From Actinomycetota bacterium (lineage in GTDB: Bacteria > Actinomycetota > Actinomycetes > S36-B12): 64,000 nucleotides of DNA. Positions 1 through 9,962 of the stretch are shown piece by piece. The translations under genes and the position numbers were made by a program. The stretch's first letter is position 1, and each line of letters begins with the position of its first letter. Below the pieces are notes generated by a model that saw only the letters and a list, made by a program, of their open reading frames with translations, did no database searches and was not told where the DNA came from. The stretch covers positions 8,202 to 72,201 of the forward strand of contig JBJOJS010000116.1 in the NCBI GenBank assembly GCA_046046455.1. Reading direction: 5' to 3'.

Positions 1-680
1 GCACCGTGGGCGAGCCGCATCCCGGCGTGGAGGTGGTCCTCGCCGAGGGCACGGGCGAGATCCTCACCCGGCACCCCGGCACCTTCGCGGGCTACTGGGG
101 TAAGCCCGAAGCGACCGCCGAAACCATCGATGGCGACGGTTGGCTGCACACGGGCGACGTCGGTGAGTGGGTCGACGGTACGCACCTGAAGATCGTGGAC
201 CGGATCAAGGACATCATCATCACCGCGGGCGGCAAGAACATCTCGCCGTCTGAACTCGAGAATGCCCTCAAGGCGTCCCCCTTCATTCGCGAGGCGATCG
301 TCATCGGTGACCAGCGCCCCTACCTCACGGCACTGATCGGGATCGAGGAGGACACGGTCGGGCAATGGGCGCGGGCCAAGCGCATCCCCTACACCACCTA
401 CCGCGACCTCTCCGAGAAGGAAGAGGTCCTCCGGCTGGTCCAGGGCATCATCGCGAAGGTCAACGAGGCCACCGCTCGCGTTGAGAACATCCGCAAGTTC
501 CGGATGCTCACCAAGGCTCTCGACCACGAGGACGGCGAGCTCACGGCCACGCAGAAGGTCAAGCGCTCCGCCCTCACCACGACCTTCGGTCCACTGATCG
601 AGGACATGTACTCAGGGGCCGACCGGCTCCCGGGCGGCGACCAGAGCGACGTCATCGTCGTCGAGCATGCGGAGGCCTAG
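1..680 (+). CDS. Long-chain fatty acid-CoA ligase (AMP-binding), C-terminal part; 5' end lies outside the window
   Basis: Motifs GYW, DGWLHTGDVG, IVDRIKDIIITAGGKNISP, ELTATQKVKR. Confidence 0.9.
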   Translation, partial: TVGEPHPGVEVVLAEGTGEILTRHPGTFAGYWGKPEATAETIDGDGWLHTGDVGEWVDGTHLKIVDRIKDIIITAGGKNISPSELENALKASPFIREAIVIGDQRPYLTALIGIEEDTVGQWARAKRIPYTTYRDLSEKEEVLRLVQGIIAKVNEATARVENIRKFRMLTKALDHEDGELTATQKVKRSALTTTFGPLIEDMYSGADRLPGGDQSDVIVVEHAEA

Positions 681-683
681 GCC

Positions 684-1580
684 ATGGAGGAACTGATCTC
701 ATCCCTCGTCCGCGGCCTCGGCCTCGGTGGCCTGTACGCGCTGCTGGGCGTGTCCTTCGTCATCGTCTATCGGGCCACGGGTGTCATCAACTTCGCGACA
801 CCCGCCTTGATGATCCTGGGCGCCTTCTTCACCGGCTCCTTCGGCAACGCCATGGGGCTGCCCTTCTGGCTCTCGGTGCTCCTGGGCATGGCCGTGATGG
901 CGATCATCGGCATGATCATCGAGCGCATCGCCCTGCGGCCCATGGTGGGCAGACCTGCCTTCTCGGCCGCGACGGTCACCGTAGGTGTCTTCATCATCCT
1001 GCTGATCGTTGCTGGGCGACTCATCGGATCGGAGCTCCTCACGGTCAACGATCCCTTCGGGCTCAACACCATCGACGTCTTCGGAGCACGCCTCTTCACC
1101 GTCGACATCGCCCGCCTGGTCATCGCCCTCATCGCCATCGGGGTCGTCGGGCTCTTCCTCGCGCGCTCCCGCACCGGCCTCGCCATGCGCGCCACGGCGT
1201 TCGACCAGGAGACGAGCCTCGCCCAGGGCATCAACGTCGGCCGGATGTTCGGCCTGTCGTGGGGGATCGCGGCGGCGATGGCGGCTCTCGCCGGGGCATT
1301 GCTCACTGCCGGCAGCTCGGGCGTGGAAACGACGGTGGCGCTGGTGGCACTCAAGGCGTTGCCCGTGATCATCCTCGGCGGACTCGACTCGATCAAGGGT
1401 TCGGTCATCGCGGGGCTCATCATCGGTGTGGCCGAATCACTCACGCGCACGTACCAACCTGTCTACGCCCCCTGGCTGGGCGCCAACTTCGACGTGATCG
1501 TGCCGTACATCATCATGATCATCGTCCTCATGGTCCGGCCGTATGGCCTCTTCGGCACCAAGGAGGTGGTGCGGGTATGA
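684..1580 (+). CDS. Branched-chain amino acid (HAAT) ABC transporter permease, LivH-like
   Basis: YALLGVSFVIVYRATGVINFA, TGLAMRATAFD, ILGGLDSIKG; hydrophobic; GGAGG upstream. Confidence 0.9.
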   Translation: MEELISSLVRGLGLGGLYALLGVSFVIVYRATGVINFATPALMILGAFFTGSFGNAMGLPFWLSVLLGMAVMAIIGMIIERIALRPMVGRPAFSAATVTVGVFIILLIVAGRLIGSELLTVNDPFGLNTIDVFGARLFTVDIARLVIALIAIGVVGLFLARSRTGLAMRATAFDQETSLAQGINVGRMFGLSWGIAAAMAALAGALLTAGSSGVETTVALVALKALPVIILGGLDSIKGSVIAGLIIGVAESLTRTYQPVYAPWLGANFDVIVPYIIMIIVLMVRPYGLFGTKEVVRV

Positions 1581-2722
1581 CGACCGCGACCAAGGCATCG
1601 CTCCGCACCGTCAGGGGGCGCCCGCAGCTCTTCACGAGCTACGCGCGCGAGATGTCGATCTTCAACACCCGGGTCAAGCGCAACTGGGTCATCGCCGGGA
1701 TCATCGCCATGGCGATCATCCCCTTCTTCCTCCAGCGCGACATGGTCGCCCTGCTGACCACCGTCCTCATCTTCGCGATCGGTGGCATCGGACTCAACAT
1801 CCTGACCGGATACGCGGGACAGGTATCCCTCGGCCAGGCGTTCTTCATGGGCGTGGGTGCCTACACCGCGGCCGTCCTGGGCGGTGAGGCTCAGGGCGAT
1901 GTGATCGGGCTCGGCCTCGACATGGTCATCTGGCTTCCGCTCGCGGGACTCGTGCCCGCCCTCGTCGCGTTCGTGCTGGCGCCCCTCGCTGCGCGCGTAC
2001 GCGGCCTCTACCTCGCGATCCTCACCCTCGGCCTGGTCTTCATCGGCGAACACATCTTCAAGGAGGCCAAGCCCATCACCGGAGGGGCCGGGGTGGGGCG
2101 GGCGCCGGCAGATCCGGTCTTCCTCGGCTTCGACCTCTTCTCCAACCAGACGATCCTCGGCTACCGCATCGACCGCTTCACGATCTTCTACGTTGCCTGC
2201 CTGGTCATCTTCCTCATCATGGCGTTTGGCGCGCGCAACTTCGTGCGTTCGCGATTCGGACGCAATTTCGCGGCTGTCCGGGACCGCGATGTTGCCGCCG
2301 AAGTGATGGGGGTATCTCTTCTGCGCACCAAGTCACTCGCCTTCACGGTGTCGTCGTTCTATGCCGGGATCTCGGGTGCCCTGCTCTCCATCGTCATCGG
2401 ACGGATCTCACCGGAGACCTGGAACATCTTCCTGTCCATCGACTTCCTCGCGGTGGTCTTCATTGGCGGTCTGGCGACCATCAGCGGCTCGATCATGGGC
2501 GCCGTCTTCGTGGTGATGCTGCCCAAGCTCGTCAACACCATCACCGGATTCATCCCCGGATTCGGGGGCATCGGTGAAGGCGGTCTGCTCAATGTCTTCG
2601 AGCTGCAGACCATCATCTTCGGCCTGCTCATCATCCTCTTCCTCATCCTCGAGCCCAGAGGTCTCTACGGCCTCTGGCTCCGATTGCGCAATTACTTCAA
2701 GGCGTGGCCGTTCAGCTACTAG
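1577..2722 (+). CDS. HAAT ABC transporter permease, LivM-like
   Basis: GLNILTGYAGQVSLGQAFF, RGLYLAILTL, EPRGL; start moved to the ATG overlapping the upstream stop (ATGA at 1577-1580). Confidence 0.9.
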   Translation: MTTATKASLRTVRGRPQLFTSYAREMSIFNTRVKRNWVIAGIIAMAIIPFFLQRDMVALLTTVLIFAIGGIGLNILTGYAGQVSLGQAFFMGVGAYTAAVLGGEAQGDVIGLGLDMVIWLPLAGLVPALVAFVLAPLAARVRGLYLAILTLGLVFIGEHIFKEAKPITGGAGVGRAPADPVFLGFDLFSNQTILGYRIDRFTIFYVACLVIFLIMAFGARNFVRSRFGRNFAAVRDRDVAAEVMGVSLLRTKSLAFTVSSFYAGISGALLSIVIGRISPETWNIFLSIDFLAVVFIGGLATISGSIMGAVFVVMLPKLVNTITGFIPGFGGIGEGGLLNVFELQTIIFGLLIILFLILEPRGLYGLWLRLRNYFKAWPFSY

Positions 2723-2728
2723 TGAACG

Positions 2729-4327
2729 TCAACCATTGGCCTTCGATGCCGCATCCTGCTCGGCGTAGCGGTTGAGCAGATCGATCTCGCCCTGCCTGCC
2801 GGGGTAGCGGGTCCACACGATGAGGGCGCCGAACAGGCTCGCGGCGATGGCGGCGGCGTAGGCCCAGTTGGCGCCGCTGAGGAAGGCCTCCCGGGCGGCC
2901 GAGACGATCTGGCTCGCGTACTGGGGGTACTGCTCCGCAATCGATGCGGCGCTGACATAGGACAACTGCAGGGAGGCCTGGGTCTGCTCGGTGATCTGCT
3001 GGGCATCGCCGCTACTGGCGATGGCATTCGACATCGCCAGCGCATAGCCGGCGGTGAGCAGCGACCCGAGTACCGCCTGCATGACGGATCCACCGAGGTC
3101 GCGCTGGAGATCGGAGGTCCCGGACGCCATCCCCACACGAGTGACCGGCACGGAACTGGTCAGGGCGCGCGATGCCGGGGTGAGCGCGAGTCCCGTCCCC
3201 GCACCGACGCAGATGTAGGCGAGTGCGATCAGCCAGTAGGGCGTCTGCTCACCCCAACCGATGAGCATGACGATGAAGCCAGGAATGATGACGGCAAAGC
3301 CGAGGAGCAGGGTGTCGCGTGATCCGAGCTTCAGGACCAGCCGCCCGGAGAGTGGAGAGAAGAGCACCATCGCGATGGCCATCGGGACCACAGCGAGCCC
3401 CGCGTCCAGGGTCGAGTAGGCGAGGACGTTCTGCATGAACTGCTGGCCGACGAAGAGCGATCCCATGAGCGAGCCGAAGACGATCATGCCGCTCACCGCG
3501 GCGACCCAGAAGATGCGGCGCTTGGCGTAGAGAAGGTCGTAGAGCGGATTGGCCGCCCGTCGCTGGCGGATGATGAAGAGGACTCCCGTGATAAGGGCGA
3601 TGCCGATCAGCGCGAGGGACTGTCCCAGCATGCCGGGCGCCGACACCGTGCTGATGCCCATGACGAAGGTGCCGATCATGACCACCGACAGCACGCCTCC
3701 GAGATTGTCCACGGGTTGCGTGGACTCGTTGACATGCGCGGGGACGAAGACGAAGACCAGGACGAAGGCCAGCACGGCCGGCGGGACGGCGATAAGGAAG
3801 ACCGACCCCCACCAGAACGACTCCAGCAGCGCACCGGCGATGACCGGCCCAAGGATTGCTCCCCCACCGCTCAGGCCTGACCACAGCGCGATGGCGCGCA
3901 CGCGAGCTCGACCGGGTCCCCACAGCGCAGTGATGAGCGCAAGGGTCGTCGGATAGGCGAGGCCTGCCGCGATGCCGGTGAAGATGCGTCCCGCGATGAG
4001 GATGTCGATCGACGGTGCCCATGCCGAGACAGCGCTCGCGGGCAGCGTGAGTGCCATGCCCAGGAGCAGCATGAGCTTGCGGCCGTAGCGGTCACCGATG
4101 GCACCCAGGTAGAGCACCGACATGGCAAGGCCCAGCGTGCAGCCGATCGCGACGAGGTTGATCTGCGTCTGGCCCGCATCGAATGCCTTGCCGATATCCG
4201 GGAGAGCGACATTGGCGACACTGAGGTTGAGGTTGGCGACGATCGCCCCGAGGATCAGCGCCGTGAGCGCGAGACCCGCCCTCGCAGGAGCAGCCGGTGT
4301 TGCCGGTGTGGTGGCCGTGCTCGCCAT
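2729..4327 (-). CDS. MFS drug/H+ antiporter, DHA2 (14-TMS)-like
   Basis: Motif A GAIGDRYGRK, NVALPDI, GPVIAGALL; many TM segments; GGGGAGG RBS. Confidence 0.85.
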   Translation of the reverse strand: MASTATTPATPAAPARAGLALTALILGAIVANLNLSVANVALPDIGKAFDAGQTQINLVAIGCTLGLAMSVLYLGAIGDRYGRKLMLLLGMALTLPASAVSAWAPSIDILIAGRIFTGIAAGLAYPTTLALITALWGPGRARVRAIALWSGLSGGGAILGPVIAGALLESFWWGSVFLIAVPPAVLAFVLVFVFVPAHVNESTQPVDNLGGVLSVVMIGTFVMGISTVSAPGMLGQSLALIGIALITGVLFIIRQRRAANPLYDLLYAKRRIFWVAAVSGMIVFGSLMGSLFVGQQFMQNVLAYSTLDAGLAVVPMAIAMVLFSPLSGRLVLKLGSRDTLLLGFAVIIPGFIVMLIGWGEQTPYWLIALAYICVGAGTGLALTPASRALTSSVPVTRVGMASGTSDLQRDLGGSVMQAVLGSLLTAGYALAMSNAIASSGDAQQITEQTQASLQLSYVSAASIAEQYPQYASQIVSAAREAFLSGANWAYAAAIAASLFGALIVWTRYPGRQGEIDLLNRYAEQDAASKANG

Positions 4328-4378
4328 GCGATCCTCCCCTGGACAGCGGCATCCTGCCAGAGCCGGATAGCGGTCACG

Positions 4379-5257
4379 CTAGGAGAGGATGTCCTTGCGG
4401 TCGAAGCGCAGCACCGCAATCGCAGCAAGCACCGCGAACGTCACGAGGGCGTACGACGCCCCGATGGCCATGTCATCCCACGCGATCTGCTGCCCGAGCG
4501 CGTCAGCCCAGGAGCCGCCGTAGTCGGTCGGCAGGAATCGCCGGAGATTCCCTAGCGCATCGATGGCATCGATGATGTTGAGGACGATGACGATGACGAC
4601 TGCCGCGCCCACGGCTCCCAGGGGTACGTCGGTGAGCACGCTCATGAGGAAGGCGATGCCGGCGGGGATGAGGAGCTGTATCCCGATGTACGCCGAGACG
4701 ATTGCGAGTCGCTGCCATGAGGTCGCCACGTCGAAGGATCCGCCCAGGGGGCTGGTGAGGGGAGCCGAACCGAAGACCACGAGCGCGATGAGGAAGGACA
4801 CGGCGATGAGGATGATCAGGGTCACCAGCGTGAGGAGCAGGCCAACGATCATCTTGGCGCGCAGGAAGCGACGTCGGGGCACGGGTGCGGCCAGGAGATA
4901 GCGCATCGTAGACCAGGACGCCTCGCTCGCGACCGTGTCGCCGAGGAACATCGCCGCGATGATCGTCAGGAGGAATCCCGATGCGAAGAGCAGCATCGTC
5001 AGGGTGAAATTCCACGGACCCGCCGTGGCCAGGCCGACGAGGTCGAGGTCACCGTCGCCGAAGCCACGCGACTCGGGTCCCAGCTTGACGGCCGCGACCA
5101 CGATGAGGGGTAGGGCAACCGCAAGAGCGAAAGCCACGAGAGTGCGGCGGCGGCGCAGCTGCCGGATGAGCTCGACTCGGATGGTCAGGGTCTCGCGCGC
5201 AGCGTACGTCGGTGCTGAGGCGGGTGTCGTTGTGCTCACTGATCCACTCGTGCTCAT
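4379..5257 (-). CDS. ABC-2 type transporter permease
   Basis: GDTVASEASWSTMRYLL..PVPR..FLRAK, C-terminal FDRKDILS; overlaps the stop of the upstream ATPase fusion. Confidence 0.85.
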   Translation of the reverse strand: MSTSGSVSTTTPASAPTYAARETLTIRVELIRQLRRRRTLVAFALAVALPLIVVAAVKLGPESRGFGDGDLDLVGLATAGPWNFTLTMLLFASGFLLTIIAAMFLGDTVASEASWSTMRYLLAAPVPRRRFLRAKMIVGLLLTLVTLIILIAVSFLIALVVFGSAPLTSPLGGSFDVATSWQRLAIVSAYIGIQLLIPAGIAFLMSVLTDVPLGAVGAAVVIVIVLNIIDAIDALGNLRRFLPTDYGGSWADALGQQIAWDDMAIGASYALVTFAVLAAIAVLRFDRKDILS

Positions 5258-7725
5258 TGATCCACCGTGTGCCCTTCTCCGACGAGCTCGAGGAAGACGT
5301 CCTCGAGTCGCAGGCCACTGCGGCCAGCAAGGAGCTCCTGGACGGTCCCGGAGTAGATGAGATGGCCGTGGTTCATCACCACGACATGCGAGCAGGTCTG
5401 CTCGACCTCGCTGAGCAGGTGCGAGGACACGATGACGGTCCTACCCGCGGCGGCGTAGTCGTGCATGACCTGGCGCATCTCACGGATCTGCGGCGGATCG
5501 AGACCGTTGGTCGGCTCATCGAGCACGAGGAGGTCGGGCAGTCCGAGCATCGCCTGGGCGATGCCGAGTCGCTGGCGCATCCCCTGGCTGTAGGTGCGCA
5601 CCTTCCTCTCGATCGCGGAGCCGAGCCCTGCGATCTCGAGCACCTCGTCGAGATGAGGATCGCCGTCCTCGCGACCGCTCGCCCGCCAGAAGAGATCGAG
5701 GTTCTGGCGGCCGGTGAGATGGGGCAGGAAGCCGGGACCCTCGATGAAACTGCCGACCCGAGCGAGCACCGGCGCGCCGGGGCGCACATGCTGGCCGAAG
5801 ATCCAGGTGTCACCGCCGGTCGGGCGGATGAGACCCATGGCCATGCGCATCGTCGTCGTCTTGCCCGCCCCATTGGGGCCCAGGAGACCGAGCACGACCC
5901 CCGCCGGGACGTCGAAGCTGACCCCATCCACGGCCTTCAGGCCACCCCTGAACTCCTTGGCGAGATCGCGCGTGGCCAGGGGGACGGCGACGAGATCCGG
6001 GCGCGCTTCGCCCGCGCGATCCCGCGGACGCAGCAGCGCGACGATGAGCCAGATGAGAGCGGTGATGACGACAGCGCCGACGGGCCACACCCACGGCGGC
6101 GTGCCGACCGACGCCGTGGTCCCCTGCAGCGTCGGGAGCAGGATGGCTCCGTCCGCCGCCACCGTGTAGACGGCCGGACCCTCGGGCATGCGGTAGCCCT
6201 GGTCAGTCGTCGCGATCACGAGGGCAAGGCGGTCGCCGGCGGCCACCTCGGTCACGATGCCGGGCAGGTCGACGTCGACGGTCACCGGCTCGGAGCCGAG
6301 GTCCACGATCCGAATCGGTGCCACGAGTCCCTGGGGAAGCGTCTGACGTCCATTTGCGCTGACGATGCGCAGCGAGACGAAGAGGACCGCCTCGTCCACC
6401 GAGCGGTCGCTGCTCACGCTGAGTCGCGCGCGAGTGGAGCCGATGATGCGCATCGACTGATCAAGGGGCTCGGTGAAGAAGCCGGCGGTCTGACCGGGCA
6501 GGGGTACGGCGAGCAGGTCACCGGCCAGGCTGGCAAGGCCTCCCGCACCAGGAAGCGACGTGATGGCCGCGGGCGCGCCACCCGCCGGGGCGAGCACCTG
6601 CTGCGGCGGGGCGATGACCGGCATCTCGGTCGTGCCATCACCGAAGATGCCGGGGTACGTCGGAGCCGAGAGCACCTCGACCGTGCCCGGATCGCGATCG
6701 CTCAGTGCGGACGCCTCGACGAGCGACACCTCGAACTCATCCCCGACCGCGGGGCCTCCGCGCAGATGCTGGTCGAACCACGCCTGACTGAGCGCGCGTA
6801 GGCGGTCCGTCTCCGTGATGCCCCCGTCGTGGCCGCCCGCGTGCCAGACGACCTTCACCGGGGCGTTGACGATCTGCTCGGCGTTCGCATTGGCCTGCGA
6901 CAGCGGGAAGAGCGAGTCCGCCTGTCCCGCGCCTAGGAGGACCGGGGCCATGATGCGGTCGGTGATGCTGCGCGGCGACGACTGCTCCATGAGCGCCGAA
7001 GCCTCTGGCGAGACCACTCCCTGGGTCACGGCCTCGACGTACGCCGCGCACCACTCGGGAGTGAAGCGACCGCACTCGCTCACGGGCTGACCGGGCTCGA
7101 GTCCGAGGCCGGAGGAGAAGAAGAGCGAGGTCCACAGGCTCTTGAGGACACCGGGCTGTACGCCATCGACCGCGGACTGCGCGAAGAGCGACGTCTCGAG
7201 ATCGTTCCATGTGATGTCCGCGGTCACCGCGTCGATCCGCTCGTCGTAGCCGGCGAGCATCAGGGCGAGAGCTCCTCCGTACGAACCGCCACCGACACCG
7301 ACGATCGGGTCGCCGGGAGCTTCCGTGCTCACGCTGGCCAGGCTGCCGAGGTAGTCGACCAGGGCGCGAGCATCCGCCACCTCGAAGTCCGGCGAGTTCA
7401 TCGAGATCTGACCGGTGGACTTGCCGAAGCCTCGCGCGGTGTAGGCGAGGACGACATATCCCGCGTCGGCAAGGAGCTGCGCCTCCTCGGCGACCCCCTC
7501 CTTGCTGCCACCGAAGCCATGGGCGAGCAGGACCGCGGGAGCCGGGGTGACCTCGGGGATGTAGACATCGGCATCGAGCTGCACGGGCGTCGGGTCGGTC
7601 GCAGAAGTGGGTGCTCCCGAGAGCATCATCGCGACGGGCTCCACCTGTGCGCTCGCGGCGCTGGGCATCGCCAGTGACACGAGCGCGATCACTGCGGCAG
7701 CCGTGCCCCCCACCCATGCGCGCAT
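5254..7725 (-). CDS. Fusion protein: signal peptide + CocE/NonD (peptidase S15-like) hydrolase + TM helix + ABC ATP-binding domain
   Basis: HGFGGS, YTARGFG, nucleophile GGSYGG, DSLFP, GGHDGG; TM WVWPVGAVVITALIWLIVALL; Walker A GPNGAGKT, YSQGMRQR, LDEP, SSH; TATAGT lies 6 nt before ATG 7725. Confidence 0.85.
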   Translation of the reverse strand: MRAWVGGTAAAVIALVSLAMPSAASAQVEPVAMMLSGAPTSATDPTPVQLDADVYIPEVTPAPAVLLAHGFGGSKEGVAEEAQLLADAGYVVLAYTARGFGKSTGQISMNSPDFEVADARALVDYLGSLASVSTEAPGDPIVGVGGGSYGGALALMLAGYDERIDAVTADITWNDLETSLFAQSAVDGVQPGVLKSLWTSLFFSSGLGLEPGQPVSECGRFTPEWCAAYVEAVTQGVVSPEASALMEQSSPRSITDRIMAPVLLGAGQADSLFPLSQANANAEQIVNAPVKVVWHAGGHDGGITETDRLRALSQAWFDQHLRGGPAVGDEFEVSLVEASALSDRDPGTVEVLSAPTYPGIFGDGTTEMPVIAPPQQVLAPAGGAPAAITSLPGAGGLASLAGDLLAVPLPGQTAGFFTEPLDQSMRIIGSTRARLSVSSDRSVDEAVLFVSLRIVSANGRQTLPQGLVAPIRIVDLGSEPVTVDVDLPGIVTEVAAGDRLALVIATTDQGYRMPEGPAVYTVAADGAILLPTLQGTTASVGTPPWVWPVGAVVITALIWLIVALLRPRDRAGEARPDLVAVPLATRDLAKEFRGGLKAVDGVSFDVPAGVVLGLLGPNGAGKTTTMRMAMGLIRPTGGDTWIFGQHVRPGAPVLARVGSFIEGPGFLPHLTGRQNLDLFWRASGREDGDPHLDEVLEIAGLGSAIERKVRTYSQGMRQRLGIAQAMLGLPDLLVLDEPTNGLDPPQIREMRQVMHDYAAAGRTVIVSSHLLSEVEQTCSHVVVMNHGHLIYSGTVQELLAGRSGLRLEDVFLELVGEGHTVDQ

Positions 7726-7762
7726 CACATGACTATAGGTGTCCTGAGGGTGTGCGGCATCC

Positions 7763-8536
7763 CTAGCGCAGTTGCGCCGTGCGGTAGACACTGTCGATCG
7801 CTCCGACGAGGTCGTCGAACCAACCGATCTCCAGCAGGTGCGCACGCACGCGCTCGTTGAGGCCACCCTTGGTCTGATGCTCATGGGGCAGGTCGCCGCG
7901 ATCGGCATCCGGTGTAGCCCAGCCGACTGCGGCCAGTCCCTCGAGCTCGGCGCGGACGTACCGCGACGCGGTCGCGTCATCGATCCCCTGCGCGGTGATC
8001 CAGTCGATGAGGGCATTTTGCATCTCGTAGTACGTCGACATGAACGCCGAGGCGCAGCTCAGGGTGCGGATGCGCGACTCGTCCTCCAGGGTCACGACCT
8101 CCCCGAGGCCCTCGAGCGCCGCGACGACCTCCGGCAGGGGTGGGCTGATGACGAGCGGTCCACGACATAGGGCGATGGCGGGCAGCGGGATGAGCTGGCA
8201 CACGCGGGTCGCCGGGGCGACGAGCGGAGCGATGCCGCTGGGCGGCGTTCCCGCGATGAGGCTCGCAATGACCTGATCGTCTCGGAAGCGCAGACCGGCG
8301 AGGGCATCGTCGACCTGCTGAGGGCGCATGCCCAGGACCACGATGTCGCTAGCGTCGACGACGTCCTGATTGGAGTCCAGTCTCCGGCACTGGGCGAACT
8401 CCGCGACAAGCCGCTCGACGCGATCCGCGGAACGCGGCGAGAGCAGCAGGGAGTCCGCCGCACCCTGTCGAGTAGCCATGGCGCGCACCATGGCCTCCGA
8501 GATCGTGCCCACTCCGAGGAATCCGATGCTCGCCAT
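7763..8536 (-). CDS. Pyrroline-5-carboxylate reductase-like NAD(P)-binding oxidoreductase
   Basis: IGFLGVGTI Rossmann motif, NQDVVDASDIVVLGMRPQ, C-terminal QTKGGLNE; start trimmed to ATG 8536. Confidence 0.7.
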   Translation of the reverse strand: MASIGFLGVGTISEAMVRAMATRQGAADSLLLSPRSADRVERLVAEFAQCRRLDSNQDVVDASDIVVLGMRPQQVDDALAGLRFRDDQVIASLIAGTPPSGIAPLVAPATRVCQLIPLPAIALCRGPLVISPPLPEVVAALEGLGEVVTLEDESRIRTLSCASAFMSTYYEMQNALIDWITAQGIDDATASRYVRAELEGLAAVGWATPDADRGDLPHEHQTKGGLNERVRAHLLEIGWFDDLVGAIDSVYRTAQLR

Positions 8537-8584
8537 GCGCGCATCATGTCCCACTAGGCTCCGAGGCGACTCAAGGAGGGCAGC

Positions 8585-9430
8585 GTGACCGGATTCCTCG
8601 CCGACCTGACGGGCTCCTTCGCCACGTCCGCGGCACAGAACCCCACCGTCGCGGTCATGGAAGCGGCCTACGCGCACGCGGGGCTCGACATCCGCTACGT
8701 CAACTGCGAGGTCCCGCCGGAGCGTCTCGAGGACGCCGTGCGAGGAGCTATCGGCATGGGCTGGCTTGGATTCAATTGCTCGATTCCTCACAAGGTGGCG
8801 ATCCTGGACTACCTCGATGCGATGGCACCGTCCGCCGGCATCATCGGAGCGGTCAACTGCGTGGTCAACCGTGACGGCCATCTCACGGGAGAGAACACTG
8901 ACGGTCAGGGATTCGTGCGCTCGCTTCAGACCGTCATCGATCCCACCGGTCGCGACATGGTCGTCCTCGGCGCGGGAGGTGCCGCCCGCGCCATCGCCGT
9001 CGAGTCAGCTCTCGCCGGCGCTCGATCCATCACGATCGTCAACAGGACCGAGTCGCGCGGCGAGGAACTCGCCTCCCTGGTGAGCGATCGCACCCCCGCC
9101 ACTGGGCACTTCGTCCACTGGTCGGGGACGTACGCCGTACCCGACGGAGTCGACATCCTGGTCAACGCGACCTCCATCGGCTTCCATCCGAGCACCGACA
9201 CCCCCGATGTCGATGACGCAACCATCCGTCCCGGCATGGTGGTCGCCGATGTCGTCGCGAACCCTCCCGACACAGCCTTCCTCCAGCGTGCGAACACTCG
9301 GGGGGCCACGACGCTGCAGGGCCTCGGCATGCTCGTGAACCAGGCGCTCACCAACGCCCGACTGTGGACGGGTCGCGACCTCGATGCCGATGTCATGCGG
9401 CGGGCACTCGAGGAGAGCCTCGCCACCTGA
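8585..9430 (+). CDS. aroE: Shikimate dehydrogenase family protein
   Basis: GFNCSIPHK, IGAVNC, GENTDGQG, LGAGGAARAI, LVNATSIG, GLGMLVNQA; AGGAGG RBS. Confidence 0.85.
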   Translation: MTGFLADLTGSFATSAAQNPTVAVMEAAYAHAGLDIRYVNCEVPPERLEDAVRGAIGMGWLGFNCSIPHKVAILDYLDAMAPSAGIIGAVNCVVNRDGHLTGENTDGQGFVRSLQTVIDPTGRDMVVLGAGGAARAIAVESALAGARSITIVNRTESRGEELASLVSDRTPATGHFVHWSGTYAVPDGVDILVNATSIGFHPSTDTPDVDDATIRPGMVVADVVANPPDTAFLQRANTRGATTLQGLGMLVNQALTNARLWTGRDLDADVMRRALEESLAT

Positions 9431-9491
9431 GGGCGAGACACCCCGGGTCCATCTCCCGCGCGTCGACATCCGCGGTGGCTAGGGTCCGCCC

Positions 9492-9962
9492 ATGGGCATC
9501 TTCGTTCCCTTTGTCACCCTGGTCATCGCCTGGGTACTCACCCTGCTCGACGTCGCGGCTCCCGGTGGGACACCCGACGAATCGACGATGACATCCGCGA
9601 TGCGATGGCTGCTCTTCATCCCGGGCGGCTTCATGTTCCTTGCGAGCGGCGTGATGCACACGGTGTTCGCTAAGAGCACTGCCAAGAGCATCGGGTGGCA
9701 GACCAATGGGTTCCAGTACGAGATCGGCTTCGTATCGCTGGGACTCGGCCTCGCGGGCATCATCGCAGCGAACAGCTCCGAGCCCGCGTGGCTGCCCATC
9801 GCCGTGGCGCAGTCCGTCTTCCTCGTGCTCGCCGGCGTCAATCACGTGCGCGAGATGGTGCAGGTCAAGAACTTCGCACCCGGCAACACGGTCATCCTGC
9901 TCTACGACTTCGGCCTGCCCATCTCCTACCTCATCGCACTCCTCGCCATCAGCGGATCATGA
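9492..9962 (+). CDS. Uncharacterised integral membrane protein (DUF6790-like)
   Basis: About five hydrophobic segments; AKSIGW..NGFQYEIG and NFAPGN motifs; leaderless signature. Confidence 0.65.
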   Translation: MGIFVPFVTLVIAWVLTLLDVAAPGGTPDESTMTSAMRWLLFIPGGFMFLASGVMHTVFAKSTAKSIGWQTNGFQYEIGFVSLGLGLAGIIAANSSEPAWLPIAVAQSVFLVLAGVNHVREMVQVKNFAPGNTVILLYDFGLPISYLIALLAISGS

